A program made the translations under genes and the position numbers. 64,000 bases of DNA from an uncultured Ohtaekwangia sp. (lineage in GTDB: Bacteria; Bacteroidota; Bacteroidia; Cytophagales; Cyclobacteriaceae). Location of the stretch: the NCBI GenBank assembly GCA_964524935.1, contig CAZGFJ010000004.1, positions 95,463 to 159,462 on the forward strand, written 5' to 3'. The notes beneath the pieces were generated by a model. It did no database searches. It was not told the DNA's origin and saw nothing but the letters and a program-made list of their open reading frames with translations. Positions 26,415-37,006 of the stretch are shown here, piece by piece. The first letter of the stretch is position 1, and each line of letters begins with the position of its first letter.

Positions 26415-26732
26415 TTGATAGTTAATGCTCATCATAGTTCAAATAATAATTTTTTGAACGTAATGTGGGGCGCAATGTGTGTCACATTCGGAAGCTTGAC
26501 GCCAAGCTCAGCTATAGCGTCACAGAATTTTAATTCAGCTTGGAATCTCACTATGGATGAAGCCCAAGATTGGTTGAGTTCTCACGATGAAGTTGTTACC
26601 GAGGTTGAGCTTGCGTCTTTCATTTTACAAGAACTTAGAACAAATTTACAGATTTTTAGCAACGGATATGTACGCCTTTCCACAGGACCATGCCAGGGGG
26701 GCATTGCGTCAACAACCGCAAGATACTGTTGA
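26415..26732 (+). CDS. hypothetical ORF, possibly the 5' part of a frameshifted gene
   Basis: AT-rich. Overlaps 26587..27354 in another frame. A G6 run at 26694-26699 lies in the overlap. Confidence 0.3.
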   Translation: MIVNAHHSSNNNFLNVMWGAMCVTFGSLTPSSAIASQNFNSAWNLTMDEAQDWLSSHDEVVTEVELASFILQELRTNLQIFSNGYVRLSTGPCQGGIASTTARYC

Positions 26733-27354
26733 TATCTATATTATGGAAAGACTATATGGACTCAAAGAGACGGCCAAGTCCATCTATAAAACGCCCGAAA
26801 GATTGGATTATGTAAAAACAATAGTTTCAGATAAAATCAAGTCTTTACAAGGCGAAGAAAATCCTCAAAATGAAAAGCTGAGAAAGTGGGGGGAGGTAAT
26901 CGATGCGCTTAAAAGAAAAAGCGTTAACGTTGATGACATTAGCTATAATCAGTTCCCCAACCTGCAGGCCAATGTTACTGAGGTCTTAGAGGCAAATCAC
27001 GTTCTAATCAAAAAAGGGTTTGTGGTCACGCTCTCTCTACTCGACTACTACTATACTTACTTTGCATTCATTGATGTCCGAATACCTATTGAATCCGGTC
27101 TATTGCCCGTGGGTCAACTTGCTTTTCTGCAGACCCCAAAACTGAAGTCCTTACTTCCCTCTTTTTCATTGGATTTTCCGAAAATTGTAGAAAAATACTT
27201 CACAGAGTATCGATATATAGATCACTACACATTGCTCACCCATAATGCCAACCTTGGGATACCTTTCAATTACCAAGGTAACGATTCTTTCACGACTTAT
27301 CCCCTCTATTTCTACCTTTTTGATAATCAGCCCGTAGGCACAACGTTTCGTTAG
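26587..27354 (+). CDS. hypothetical protein (AT-rich islet)
   Basis: 255-aa ORF with no recognisable domain. The start is uncertain (MYAF… or MERLYG… are possible). Confidence 0.5.
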   Translation: MKLLPRLSLRLSFYKNLEQIYRFLATDMYAFPQDHARGALRQQPQDTVDIYIMERLYGLKETAKSIYKTPERLDYVKTIVSDKIKSLQGEENPQNEKLRKWGEVIDALKRKSVNVDDISYNQFPNLQANVTEVLEANHVLIKKGFVVTLSLLDYYYTYFAFIDVRIPIESGLLPVGQLAFLQTPKLKSLLPSFSLDFPKIVEKYFTEYRYIDHYTLLTHNANLGIPFNYQGNDSFTTYPLYFYLFDNQPVGTTFR

Positions 27355-27357
27355 ATT

Positions 27358-28821
27358 CTACCCCAAACTCAACGCGCCCTTCTCTTTTGACTCCAATAGC
27401 GATACGCCCATCAGGTACTCATCCACCGCTCGGGCCGCTTCGCGGCCCTCGCTGATCGCCCACACCACCAGGCTCTGCCCCCTGCGCATATCGCCCGCAG
27501 CAAACACGCCCTCCACCGAGGTATGATATTGCGCGCATTTCACGTTGCCGCGCTCGTCAATCCCCACATTCAGTTGCTCCAACAGGCCTTCCCACTGCGG
27601 GTGCATAAAGCCCATTGCCAGCAAGGCCAGTTGACAGGGAATCATTCTCTCCGTGCCCGCTACTTCTGTAAATGCCGGAGACTTACCCGGTTGTTGCCTG
27701 ACCTCCACTTCGCATATCTTCAAAGCGGTCAGGTTGCCCTGCGCATCGCCTACAAATTCTTTTGTCACAATGGACCATTGCCGCTCACATCCTTCTTCGT
27801 GCGAAGTAGAGGTGCGCAAAATCATCGGCCAACTCGGCCAGGGCATCTGCTCGGTTCGGTTCTTCGGGGGCTTGGATAGAATTTCGATTTGCGTGACCGA
27901 CTTGGCCCCGTGGCGGTTGGCAGTGCCCACGCAGTCGGAGCCCGTGTCGCCACCACCAATCACCACCACCTCTTTGCCGGTGGCCCAAAGCTCTTCGCCT
28001 TTAACCTTGCGGCCGCCTACACGGCTGTTTTGTTGAGTTAAAAAGTCCATCGCGAAGTACACACCCTTCAGGCTGCGGCCCGGAATGGGTAAATCGCGCG
28101 GTACGGTGCTCCCTCCGCACAGCAACAGCGCATCAAACTCCTCGCGCAGTTGCACGACCGACACATTTTGCCCCACGTTGGCATGGGTATGAAATACGAT
28201 GCCTTCGTCCTTCATGACCGCGAGCCGCCTGTCTAACACTTGTTTGTCCAGCTTGAAATCAGGAATACCATAGCGCAGCAACCCGCCAATTTCGTCTGCG
28301 CGTTCAAACACGGTGACGCTGTGCCCGGCCTGGTTGAGTTGGGCAGCAGCCGCGAGGCCCGCGGGTCCCGATCCGATGACGGCTACTTTTTTGCCGGTGC
28401 GTTGCGCGGGTACTCTGGGTGTCACCCACCCTTCAGTAAAGGCTCGCTCAATAATTGACTTCTCGATGTACTCGATGGCTACCGCTGGTTTGTTGATTCC
28501 CAGCACACACGAGGCTTCGCACGGGGCGGGGCAAATACGCCCGGTGAACTCCGGAAAATTATTGGTAGCAATCAGCAGCTCGTACGCCAGCTTCCAGTTG
28601 CCTTGGTACACGGCATCGTTGAATTCGGGGATGATATTGCCCAGGGGGCAGCCGTGATGGCAAAAGGGTATGCCACAATCCATGCAGCGGCCGGCTTGCG
28701 TTTGGGTGAGCGAGAAGTCTACCCGTGGATCTACCTCGTTGTAGTCGCGGATGCGCTCGTGCGGGTCTCGCTTGGGGGGCAGTTCTCGCGGGTCGTTCAA
28801 AAATCCGGTTGGGTTTGCCAT
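27358..28821 (-). CDS. gltD: glutamate synthase (NADPH) small subunit
   Basis: 487 aa. N-terminal Fe-S Cys cluster '[17 protein letters not shown]…[11 protein letters not shown]' and FAD/NAD sites '[14 protein letters not shown]' and '[13 protein letters not shown]'. Confidence 0.95.
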   Translation of the reverse strand: MANPTGFLNDPRELPPKRDPHERIRDYNEVDPRVDFSLTQTQAGRCMDCGIPFCHHGCPLGNIIPEFNDAVYQGNWKLAYELLIATNNFPEFTGRICPAPCEASCVLGINKPAVAIEYIEKSIIERAFTEGWVTPRVPAQRTGKKVAVIGSGPAGLAAAAQLNQAGHSVTVFERADEIGGLLRYGIPDFKLDKQVLDRRLAVMKDEGIVFHTHANVGQNVSVVQLREEFDALLLCGGSTVPRDLPIPGRSLKGVYFAMDFLTQQNSRVGGRKVKGEELWATGKEVVVIGGGDTGSDCVGTANRHGAKSVTQIEILSKPPKNRTEQMPWPSWPMILRTSTSHEEGCERQWSIVTKEFVGDAQGNLTALKICEVEVRQQPGKSPAFTEVAGTERMIPCQLALLAMGFMHPQWEGLLEQLNVGIDERGNVKCAQYHTSVEGVFAAGDMRRGQSLVVWAISEGREAARAVDEYLMGVSLLESKEKGALSLG

Positions 28822-28867
28822 GTTCGTTTTATGCTTCTGGTGACTGGCGGCTGGTTATTGGCATGCA

Positions 28868-31800
28868 TCATGCAAATTGCCGCGCTGCTTTCTGTTTTTC
28901 AATCGCTGCTTTGTAATCAATAGGCATCACCTTGATAAAATTTTTGAGCGTGGTGCTCCAGTAGCTGATGATGTGCGAGGCCACTTCGCTGCCCGTCAGT
29001 TGCTGGTGCTTTAATATCTGTTCCCGCACATAGCGTTCATCGTCTGGTTCCAGGGTATCCAACAATACCATTTCCATGTTGCAGTTCTTCACGAAGTGCT
29101 TGTTCACATCCCACACATAGGCAATCCCTCCGCTCATGCCTGCGGCAAAGTTGCGCCCGGTATCGCCCAACACAATCACGCGGCCGCCCGTCATGTATTC
29201 GCATCCGTGGTCGCCCACGCCTTCTACTACCACTTCCGCCCCGGAGTTGCGCACCGCAAAGCGCTCGCCCGCCATGCCGCGCACATATGCTTGGCCCGAG
29301 GTAGCCCCAAAAAAGGCCACGTTGCCGATGATACTGTTCTTGGCCGGATTGAACGAACTGGTGCGGGGCGGGTAAATGACCAACTGCCCACCCGACAGTC
29401 CCTTGCCCACGTAGTCGTTCGCATCGCCTTCCAACTCAAAGCCAATGCCGCGCGCCAGAAAAGCTCCAAAACTCTGGCCGGCCGTGCCGGTAAACTTCAC
29501 GCGGATCGTGCCTTCGGGCAGTCCTTCGCCCTTATATCTCTTCGAGACTTCGTTGGCGAGCATCGCGCCCACGGCACGATCCTGATTGCTTATGACAACG
29601 GACGTCTCTACAGATTCTCCCCGTTCCAGCGCGGCCGCAGCTTCACGAATCAACGCCCGATCCAAAACTGATTCGATACCGTGGTCTTGTTCCTCTTGTT
29701 TGAATTGGGCCGTGTCCAAACTGATGGGCTCTTTAAACAAGATGGCGGCAAGATTCAGGTTCTGATATTTCCAGTGATCGTCCAACTCGCGCACCGTCAG
29801 GTAGTCGCTTTGGCCGATCATTTCATTCACGGTGCGGAAGCCCAGTTCTGCCATGATCTCGCGAAGTTCTTGCGCCAGAAAGGTGAACAGGTTTACCACA
29901 TGCTCGGGCTTGCCCGTAAATAGCGCTCGCAATTCTTTGTTTTGCGTAGCCACGCCCACCGGGCAGGTGTTGAGGTGGCACTTGCGCATCATAATGCAGC
30001 CCGTAGTGACCAAGGCCGCAGTGGCCACCCCCCATTCTTCAGCCCCGAGCAACGCGGCTATGGCCAAATCGCGACCCGTCCGTATCTGTCCATCCGTTTG
30101 CAACACCACACGGCCGCGCAACTTGTTGCGCACCAAGGTCTGATGTGCCTCCGCCAACCCCAACTCCCACGGCAAGCCCGCGTGACGTATCGAACTCAGC
30201 GGTGACGCACCCGTACCGCCATCATGTCCCGAAATCAAAATCACATCGGCATGTGCCTTAGCCACACCGGATGCAATAGTACCCACGCCCGCTTCTGACA
30301 CCAGCTTCACGCTGATGCGCGCTGCGCGATTGGCATTTTTTAAATCAAAGATCAACTGGGCCAAGTCTTCGATTGAGTAAATGTCATGATGGGGTGGTGG
30401 CGAGATCAACCCCACACCCGGAGTGGAGTGGCGCACACGGCCGATCCATTCATCCACTTTGTGGCCCGGCAACTGCCCTCCTTCGCCCGGCTTGGCTCCC
30501 TGCGCCATTTTGATCTGCAACTCTTGCGCATTGGTGAGGTAATAGCTCGTAACGCCAAAGCGGCCGCTGGCTACTTGTTTGATGGCGGAATTCTCCCAAT
30601 CGCCATTGGGCTTGCGTTCAAAGCGCATCTCGTCCTCACCCCCTTCGCCCGAGTTGCTTTTGGCCCCGATGCGGTTCATGGCAATGGCCAAGGTGCTGTG
30701 GGCTTCATACGAAATCGATCCAAACGACATAGCGCCCGTGGCAAAGCGCTTGAAGATATTTTCCACGGGCTCTACTTCTTCCAGCGAAATGTTTTTGCGT
30801 TTCTTAAACTTGAGCAAACTCCGCAGCGTGATGGCTTTTTCGCTTTGGTCGTCCATCAGCTTGGCGTATTTCTTGTACAGGCCGTAGTCGTTGGTTTTGG
30901 TGCTGTGTTGCAGTAAATGGATGGTTTGCGGATTGAAGAGGTGCGCCTCTCCGCGCTGCTTCCATTGGTAAACCCCGCCCACCTCCAGGCGTGGTTGCAT
31001 ATTGGCCGACACCGGAAAAGCCAATTGGTGTTTGACTAAGGCTTCACGGGCGATGTCGTCCAGGGTGAGGCCGCCAATGCGCGACACCGTGCCGGTAAAG
31101 TAGGTGTCAACTACATCCTGACTGATGCCCAACGCCTCAAATATCTGAGCCCCGTGGTACGATTGCAGCGTGCTGATGCCCATCTTGCTCATGATCTTGA
31201 GAAACTCGCCACACACCGCTTTTTTATAGTGATAGATGGCCTGCTCTTCCGTAAGGTTTTCGGGCAGCAGGTTTTTCTTTTTCATGTCGTGTATGGTCTG
31301 GTACACGAGGTAGGGGTTAACGGCCGAGGCACCATAGCCTACCAGGGTGGCATAGTGGTGAGTCTCCCACACATCGCCTGCCTCTACAAGCAAACCCACT
31401 TTTCCGCGCAGTCCTTTGCGAATGAGGTCATGGTGCACGGCTGCCACTGCCAGCAGCGAAGGAATCTGCGCATGGCCGCTGTCAAAACTTCTGTCCGACA
31501 AAATGATGATCGTAAAGCCATCTTCAATCGCATCGGTCACATACTGGCACACGCGCGTCAACCCTTTTTCGAGTGAACCGGGTTTCCCGTCTGCACGGAA
31601 GTACGTGTAGATGGTTTTGGTTTGCAGATGGCGGTGATCGATGTATCGGATTTTCTCCAACTCATTGTTGGAGAGCACAGGGGTGGGCAACTCAAGCGTG
31701 ATGCAATGCTGTGGTGACTCCTCCAGCAGATTAAGCGACCCGCCCACATGCGTGAGCAGCGACATGATGGTGCGCTCGCGAATGGGGTCGATGGGTGGAT

Positions 31801-33385
31801 TGGTGACCTGGGCAAAAAGCTGTTTGAAGTAACTTGAAAGATGTTGCGCTTGTTGGGATAACACCGCGAGTGGGATGTCGCTGCCCATCGAGCCCAACGC
31901 CTCCTTGCCCGTGGTACACATCTGCGCGAGGATGGTGCGGATGTCTTCGCTGGTGTAGCCAAACGACACTTGCCGTTTCAAAAAGGTGACAGGATCGTAT
32001 TTATGAAAACTTCCGCCCGGCTCGGGCAAATCCTGCAGACGCACTTTGTTTTCGCGCACCCATTGTCCATAGGGCTGCTGGTTACAGATGGTCTTCTTCA
32101 GCTCGTCATCACTGATGATGCGCCCCTGTTCCAAATCCACCACAAACATTTTGCCCGGCTGTAGTCGCCCTTTGGTAATCACCTTGGCAGGATCGACATC
32201 CAACACTCCCACTTCGGAGGCCATAATCACCAGGTCATCGTCTGTGACCACAAAGCGCGAGGGGCGAAGGCCGTTGCGGTCCAGTGTGGCCCCGACTATT
32301 TTGCCATCGGTAAACGTAATGGACGCAGGGCCATCCCACGGTTCCATCAGGTTGGCGTGGTATTCGTAAAAGGCGCGTTTCTCTTCGCTCATGTGCTCGT
32401 TGCCGTCCCACGCTTCGGGTATCAGCATCATCATCACATGTGGCAGCGAGCGGCCTGCATGCACGAGCAACTCAATGGCGTTGTCGAGGTTGGATGAATC
32501 CGACTGCACGGGATTGCAGATAGGCAGGATCATATCCAACTCTTCGCGTGTGAAATGTTTCGAGGAAAAAAAAGCTTCTTTTGATTTGAGCCAGTTGATG
32601 TTGCCGCGCACGGTGTTGATTTCTCCGTTGTGTGCAATAAAGCGAAACGGTTGTGCCAGCCTCCACGAGGGAAACGTGTTGGTGGAAAAGCGCGAGTGGA
32701 TGACCGCCAGGGCAGACACCACTTCTTCGTTTTCAAGGTCGGCAAAGTAAGGTCGCAACTGGCCCGAGGTAACCATGCCCTTGTAGGCAATGGTTTTGTA
32801 CGAGAGCGATGAAAAATAAAACTGTTGAGCTACGCCCTTTACCGACTCGGTGATGATGCGCGTACTGTATTTTCGAAGGATAAAGAGTTTGCGTTCAAAA
32901 TCATCGGGGCTGACGATGCCATCCGGTCGCTTGATAAAGACTTGCTCCATCACGGGCTCCGCCAGCAAGGCCGTCTCGCCCAGTTGACCGTTGTGCGTGG
33001 GCAAGGCGCGATAGCCCAGCAACGTCATCTTCATTTTTTTGATCTGCCGGTTGAGCACGGTGCGGCACTCTTCACGCACCTTCGCATCGCGCGGGAAAAA
33101 GACCAGGCCCACACCATAGCTGCCAAATGTGGGAAGTTTGAATCCCAACTTATGACATTCACTGCTAAAAAATTCGTGTGGAACTTGGATAAGGATGCCC
33201 GCGCCATCGCCCGTGTTGGGTTCGCAACCGCAGGCCCCGCGGTGCTCCATGCGCTCGAGCATGGTAAGTGCATCGGTGACGATCTGGTGTGACTTACGCC
33301 CTTTGATGTTGGCAATAAATCCTACGCCACAACTGTCTTTTTCAAAGGCGGGATGATAAAGTCCTGACGGTACGAGTTCGTTCAC
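28868..33385 (-). CDS. gltB: glutamate synthase large subunit
   Basis: 1505 aa. Amidotransferase N-terminus 'KDSCGVGFIANIKG', an FMN domain and a C-terminal GXGXG domain. Confidence 0.95.
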   Translation of the reverse strand: MNELVPSGLYHPAFEKDSCGVGFIANIKGRKSHQIVTDALTMLERMEHRGACGCEPNTGDGAGILIQVPHEFFSSECHKLGFKLPTFGSYGVGLVFFPRDAKVREECRTVLNRQIKKMKMTLLGYRALPTHNGQLGETALLAEPVMEQVFIKRPDGIVSPDDFERKLFILRKYSTRIITESVKGVAQQFYFSSLSYKTIAYKGMVTSGQLRPYFADLENEEVVSALAVIHSRFSTNTFPSWRLAQPFRFIAHNGEINTVRGNINWLKSKEAFFSSKHFTREELDMILPICNPVQSDSSNLDNAIELLVHAGRSLPHVMMMLIPEAWDGNEHMSEEKRAFYEYHANLMEPWDGPASITFTDGKIVGATLDRNGLRPSRFVVTDDDLVIMASEVGVLDVDPAKVITKGRLQPGKMFVVDLEQGRIISDDELKKTICNQQPYGQWVRENKVRLQDLPEPGGSFHKYDPVTFLKRQVSFGYTSEDIRTILAQMCTTGKEALGSMGSDIPLAVLSQQAQHLSSYFKQLFAQVTNPPIDPIRERTIMSLLTHVGGSLNLLEESPQHCITLELPTPVLSNNELEKIRYIDHRHLQTKTIYTYFRADGKPGSLEKGLTRVCQYVTDAIEDGFTIIILSDRSFDSGHAQIPSLLAVAAVHHDLIRKGLRGKVGLLVEAGDVWETHHYATLVGYGASAVNPYLVYQTIHDMKKKNLLPENLTEEQAIYHYKKAVCGEFLKIMSKMGISTLQSYHGAQIFEALGISQDVVDTYFTGTVSRIGGLTLDDIAREALVKHQLAFPVSANMQPRLEVGGVYQWKQRGEAHLFNPQTIHLLQHSTKTNDYGLYKKYAKLMDDQSEKAITLRSLLKFKKRKNISLEEVEPVENIFKRFATGAMSFGSISYEAHSTLAIAMNRIGAKSNSGEGGEDEMRFERKPNGDWENSAIKQVASGRFGVTSYYLTNAQELQIKMAQGAKPGEGGQLPGHKVDEWIGRVRHSTPGVGLISPPPHHDIYSIEDLAQLIFDLKNANRAARISVKLVSEAGVGTIASGVAKAHADVILISGHDGGTGASPLSSIRHAGLPWELGLAEAHQTLVRNKLRGRVVLQTDGQIRTGRDLAIAALLGAEEWGVATAALVTTGCIMMRKCHLNTCPVGVATQNKELRALFTGKPEHVVNLFTFLAQELREIMAELGFRTVNEMIGQSDYLTVRELDDHWKYQNLNLAAILFKEPISLDTAQFKQEEQDHGIESVLDRALIREAAAALERGESVETSVVISNQDRAVGAMLANEVSKRYKGEGLPEGTIRVKFTGTAGQSFGAFLARGIGFELEGDANDYVGKGLSGGQLVIYPPRTSSFNPAKNSIIGNVAFFGATSGQAYVRGMAGERFAVRNSGAEVVVEGVGDHGCEYMTGGRVIVLGDTGRNFAAGMSGGIAYVWDVNKHFVKNCNMEMVLLDTLEPDDERYVREQILKHQQLTGSEVASHIISYWSTTLKNFIKVMPIDYKAAIEKQKAARQFA

Positions 33386-33517
33386 GGCTGGGAGTAAAAA
33401 AGTGAACGAGAAATGTACGGGGCAGATGCGGGAAATGCTACGCCAAGCGGATAGAATGTGATGAGATTTTCAAAATCAACCTAACGATTGGTAGTGAAAA
33501 CGGTTGAAATGACGGAT

Positions 33518-34043
33518 CTAAAAGATAAGTTGGATTTGGAGAACTTCCGACTCGATGATGCCCGGTTCGCTGGGGAGTTGATAAAATTTGTTCTCGGTGA
33601 GACGAAAGTACCAGGTGCCTTTCGTCAGAGGGTCAACTACCCAATACTCTTTTACGCCAAATCGCTCGTACAAATCTCTTTTTTTATCAAGATCGTACTC
33701 TTTGCTGGCAGGCGACCAGCACATCGGGCACGCCATGGATGTGCCCTTCAGGATTTATGATATGGGCTGAGCTTTTGAGCACGACCACGATATCCGGTTG
33801 AACCGCGTTGCTGTGCTCATCCAGGTATACATCGAGGGGCGCTAAAAAAACCTCTCCCATCGCAGTGTCTTCAATTTGTTCGCTCAGTCTTCGAAAAATT
33901 TTTTGCGCTATTTTCTGATGTCTGGTTGCGGGCGAAGGCGACCTATAAACAACATTATCGATGAGCTCGGCAAGAGTGCCCTCAGGAAGCGATTGGAAAG
34001 CCTCCATTCCCATAAGATCAGTATGAGCAACACTGCGTTTCAC
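33518..34043 (-). pseudogene. Uma2 (DUF820) family endonuclease, frameshifted
   Basis: Frame 1 reads …LPEGTLAELIDNVVY…HQKIAQKIFRRL…GVPDVLVACQQRVRS*. Frame 2 continues SPASKEYDLDKKRDLYERFGVKEYWVVDP…. The break is at about 33700-33725, where the expected '…VLVE.LSP…' segment is missing. Confidence 0.7.
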
Positions 34044-34088
34044 AAATCAAAAATAGCAGTTTTTCCGGTAAGGCCACGCAGTGACATG

Positions 34089-34257
34089 GATGGGTACATC
34101 TCAAATTGACGCGATTAACCTCACCCCATGCAAGCAGAGTAGTTTTTCGGTGCGTATTGTTCCCCTCTCCAATGGAGAGGGGGGTAGAGACTATCACTTT
34201 TGCAAGTGTTGGGCCGGGGTGAGGTACCGGAGCTGCGTCAATTTGAGATGCACCCCA
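34089..34257. repeat. MITE-like nested inverted repeat (169 bp)
   Basis: Terminal arms atgggtAcatctcaaattgacgc (34089-34112) and gcgtcaatttgagatgCaccccat (34235-34258) include a 16-nt perfect match. Inner arms are cctcacccc/ggggtgagg. The central hairpin is cccctctcc-aat-ggagagggg (34162-34182). Confidence 0.6.
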
Positions 34258-34279
34258 TATATCTCCCGCCTCACTGTCT

Positions 34280-34657
34280 TCACTTAGCGCTCCCAAAAGA
34301 CCTCGCCATACTGGCCAGCACGGGGTGTATAACCTCGTTGGTGAGTGCCCGGTTATACAACACTTTGCCACCCGATGGGTTTACAATTTTTTCCATCCGA
34401 TCAGCCAGCGTTTCAAACTCCTCGATCAACAACGTAAATCCTTCACCACGGTAATCTTGAAAAAATGGATGATCTACCAGACGATATACGTTTTGCAGCA
34501 CCGTGTCTGCCAGCTTATCGCGCTCAAGGCCCAGTTGAAAAACCTTGTCTTGAAAAACATCATAGCCTATAAACACGAACGCAGGGCCTTCTTGGGTTCT
34601 TAGCTGCACTGTAAAAAAGGCGATGTATTGAAATGGCCGGGTGGGCTTTATCCCCAT
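34280..34657 (-). CDS. hypothetical protein downstream of guaB
   Basis: 125-aa GC-rich ORF that starts 10 nt after the guaB stop. No recognisable motif. Confidence 0.5.
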   Translation of the reverse strand: MGIKPTRPFQYIAFFTVQLRTQEGPAFVFIGYDVFQDKVFQLGLERDKLADTVLQNVYRLVDHPFFQDYRGEGFTLLIEEFETLADRMEKIVNPSGGKVLYNRALTNEVIHPVLASMARSFGSAK

Positions 34658-34667
34658 AGCGACATGC

Positions 34668-36140
34668 TTACTTCCTACTATAATTCGGTGCCTCGCGCGT
34701 GATCGTCACATCGTGTGGGTGGCTTTCCGTTACGCCTGCCGAGGTAATTTTCACAAAGCGGGCGGTTTTTAGTTTAGTGATATTCTTCGCTCCGCAGTAG
34801 CCCATCCCTGCACGAAGGCCACCGACCAGTTGGTACAACACCTCCGCTACCGACCCTTTGAACGGCACCCGACCGGAAATCCCTTCGGGCACCAGTTTCT
34901 TGATGTCATCCTCCACGTCTTGAAAGTACCGGTCTTTCGAGCCGTCATCCATCGCTTCCAGCGAGCCCATGCCGCGGTAGGATTTGAACTTGCGCCCTTC
35001 GTAGATGATCACTTCTCCCGGGGCTTCTTCCGTGCCGGCCAGCAGCGAGCCGATCATGATGCTGTCCGCCCCGGCAGCCACGGCCTTCACGATATCACCG
35101 GAAAAACGGATGCCCCCATCGGCAATCACTTTCACGTTGCTGCCTTTCAATGCTTGCGCGGCCTCGTACACCGCACTCAATTGCGGCAAGCCCACACCGG
35201 CCACCACGCGCGTGGTGCAGATGCTTCCGGGCCCTACGCCTACCTTCACCGTGTCGGCACCGGCTTTGGCCAGCGCTTTGGCGGCTTCGCCCGTGGCAAT
35301 GTTGCCCACGATCAAGTCCAGTTCAGGATATTTTTTCTTTACGCGCTTCGCAGCGTTGATCACCCCTTTGCTATGGCCGTGGGCCGTGTCGATGCTGATC
35401 ACATCCACACCTGCTTGTTTCAACGCCTCGATGCGTTCCAGGATATCAGGCGTAACACCCACGGCTGCGCCTGCCCGCAGGCGGCCAAATTTGTCCTGGC
35501 AGGCATTGGGTTTATTTTTTTTCTTTTGGATGTCGCGGTAGGTAATCAGGCCGATGAGTTTTCCTTTCTTGTTGACGATCGGCAGTTTTTCAATTTTGTA
35601 TTTCTGCAAGATGCCTTCGGCCTTTTCGAGCGTGATGCCTTCCGGGGCTGTCACCAGGTTGTCACGTGTCATGATGGTTTCCACGGCCACGTTCATATCT
35701 TTTTGAAAACGCAGGTCGCGGTTCGTGATGATGCCCAACAGTTTTCCGTTGCCATCCACCACGGGGATGCCGCCTATGCGGTATTCGCGCATGATTTGCT
35801 CGGCATCGCGCACGGTGCCGTGGATGCTGAGTGTTACGGGATCCAGAATCAGCCCACTTTGAGACCGCTTCACTTTGCGCACCTGTGCGGCTTGGGCCTC
35901 GATGGACATGTTTTTGTGGATGAAGCCGAGACCACCCTCTAATGCCATACCGATGGCCAGGTCTGCCTCGGTTACCGTGTCCATAGCCGCAGAAATGAGC
36001 GGAATATTCAGTTTGATATTCTCGGTCAGGTACGTGGTTGTATCCGTCTCGCGGGGAAGTACTTCGCTGTAGGCCGGAACGAGGAGCACATCATCATAGG
36101 TGAGTGCTTCAAAGAGAAACTTCGAGGAATTGAGCGGCAT
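34668..36140 (-). CDS. guaB: IMP dehydrogenase
   Basis: '[15 protein letters not shown]', tandem CBS domains, the catalytic '[11 protein letters not shown]' loop and '[12 protein letters not shown]'. ATG 36140 is preferred over the longer track ORF. Confidence 0.95.
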   Translation of the reverse strand: MPLNSSKFLFEALTYDDVLLVPAYSEVLPRETDTTTYLTENIKLNIPLISAAMDTVTEADLAIGMALEGGLGFIHKNMSIEAQAAQVRKVKRSQSGLILDPVTLSIHGTVRDAEQIMREYRIGGIPVVDGNGKLLGIITNRDLRFQKDMNVAVETIMTRDNLVTAPEGITLEKAEGILQKYKIEKLPIVNKKGKLIGLITYRDIQKKKNKPNACQDKFGRLRAGAAVGVTPDILERIEALKQAGVDVISIDTAHGHSKGVINAAKRVKKKYPELDLIVGNIATGEAAKALAKAGADTVKVGVGPGSICTTRVVAGVGLPQLSAVYEAAQALKGSNVKVIADGGIRFSGDIVKAVAAGADSIMIGSLLAGTEEAPGEVIIYEGRKFKSYRGMGSLEAMDDGSKDRYFQDVEDDIKKLVPEGISGRVPFKGSVAEVLYQLVGGLRAGMGYCGAKNITKLKTARFVKITSAGVTESHPHDVTITREAPNYSRK

Positions 36141-36212
36141 GGCAAATAAGGAGTTAGGAACCGTTATTTGCCGGGCAAAAGTAAGGCCTTTTCGCGAAAG
36201 CACGAAATGAAA

Positions 36213-36242
36213 TTGACGATTGCCTCTGATTGCCTATCTTTG
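36213..36242 (+). promoter_or_regulatory. Bacteroidota-type promoter (TTG-N19-TATCTTTG) upstream of the rlpA-like gene
   Basis: TTG at 36213-15 and TAnnTTTG at 36235-42, about 20 nt upstream of ATG 36263. Confidence 0.4.
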
Positions 36243-36262
36243 ACATCATCATTTTTTAACCT

Positions 36263-36937
36263 ATGAAACATCTGTTTTTTGCCTCGATGGCGATGTTTTT
36301 TGGCGCCACGTTGTCAGCCCAAACCCAAACGGGGAAAGCCTCCTTCTACGCGGACAAGTTTGAAGGCAGCCCCACGGCTTCCGGAGAAAAGTATCGTCAT
36401 AACAAACTCACGGCCGCACACAAAACGCTGCCTTTCGGCACGAAGGTGCGCGTGACCAACTTGAGCAATAGCCAAACGGTGGACGTGGTGGTAAATGACC
36501 GCGGCCCCTACGTGGACGGTCGTGTGATCGATCTGTCCAAATCGGCAGCCGAAAAACTGGGCTTCGTAAACCAAGGCCTTACCGATGTGAAAATTGAGGT
36601 CATCGATGCAGGCGATGGCACCGCTAAAAGCGAGATCAAACCCATCGACAACGTAGTGGTGGAGGAAAAAGAGTTTTACGATTTTGAGGTGGCGCGGCTC
36701 AACCCCAAAGGATTTGGCGTTCAAATAGGCACCTACCAGGAACTGGTCAACCTGATGCGCCTGTCCGATAACCTGAAGACCTCATATAAGAAGAAAGTGA
36801 TCGTGCAAGTGAAAGTGGTAAACGGTATCAAGTATTACAGCCTCATCCTGGGGCCGTTTCCCACGCGCGCCAGAGCCGATGCGTTTTTGCCCGAGGTAAA
36901 CAAAAAATTCCCAGGCTCCTTTGTCGCCACGCTGTAG
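36263..36937 (+). CDS. rlpA: septal ring lytic transglycosylase RlpA family protein with a C-terminal SPOR domain
   Basis: DPBB domain 'ASFYADKFEGSPTASGEKY…AAHKTLPFGTKVRVTN…VVVNDRGPY', then a SPOR-like 'FGVQIGTYQ…YSLILGPFPTRARADAF'. Confidence 0.85.
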   Translation: MKHLFFASMAMFFGATLSAQTQTGKASFYADKFEGSPTASGEKYRHNKLTAAHKTLPFGTKVRVTNLSNSQTVDVVVNDRGPYVDGRVIDLSKSAAEKLGFVNQGLTDVKIEVIDAGDGTAKSEIKPIDNVVVEEKEFYDFEVARLNPKGFGVQIGTYQELVNLMRLSDNLKTSYKKKVIVQVKVVNGIKYYSLILGPFPTRARADAFLPEVNKKFPGSFVATL

Positions 36938-37006
36938 CCTCCCCAGGGCGCAATCTACCTTGCCCATAGATATGGAACCGATGCGATTGAAGTAGTTTCG
37001 CGGTTG

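Noticed and set aside
28868-33385. Many plus-strand ORFs of 60-190 aa inside gltB (e.g. 29096-29671, 30386-30916, 31154-31576, 32825-33292)
   Set aside because: They are antisense shadow ORFs inside a GC-rich, clearly conserved 1505-aa gene. Their translations are Arg/Ala/Gly/His-rich with no motifs.
34830-35942. 370-aa plus-strand ORF
   Set aside because: It is entirely antisense to guaB, whose translation carries every IMPDH motif. It has the low-complexity composition typical of shadow frames.
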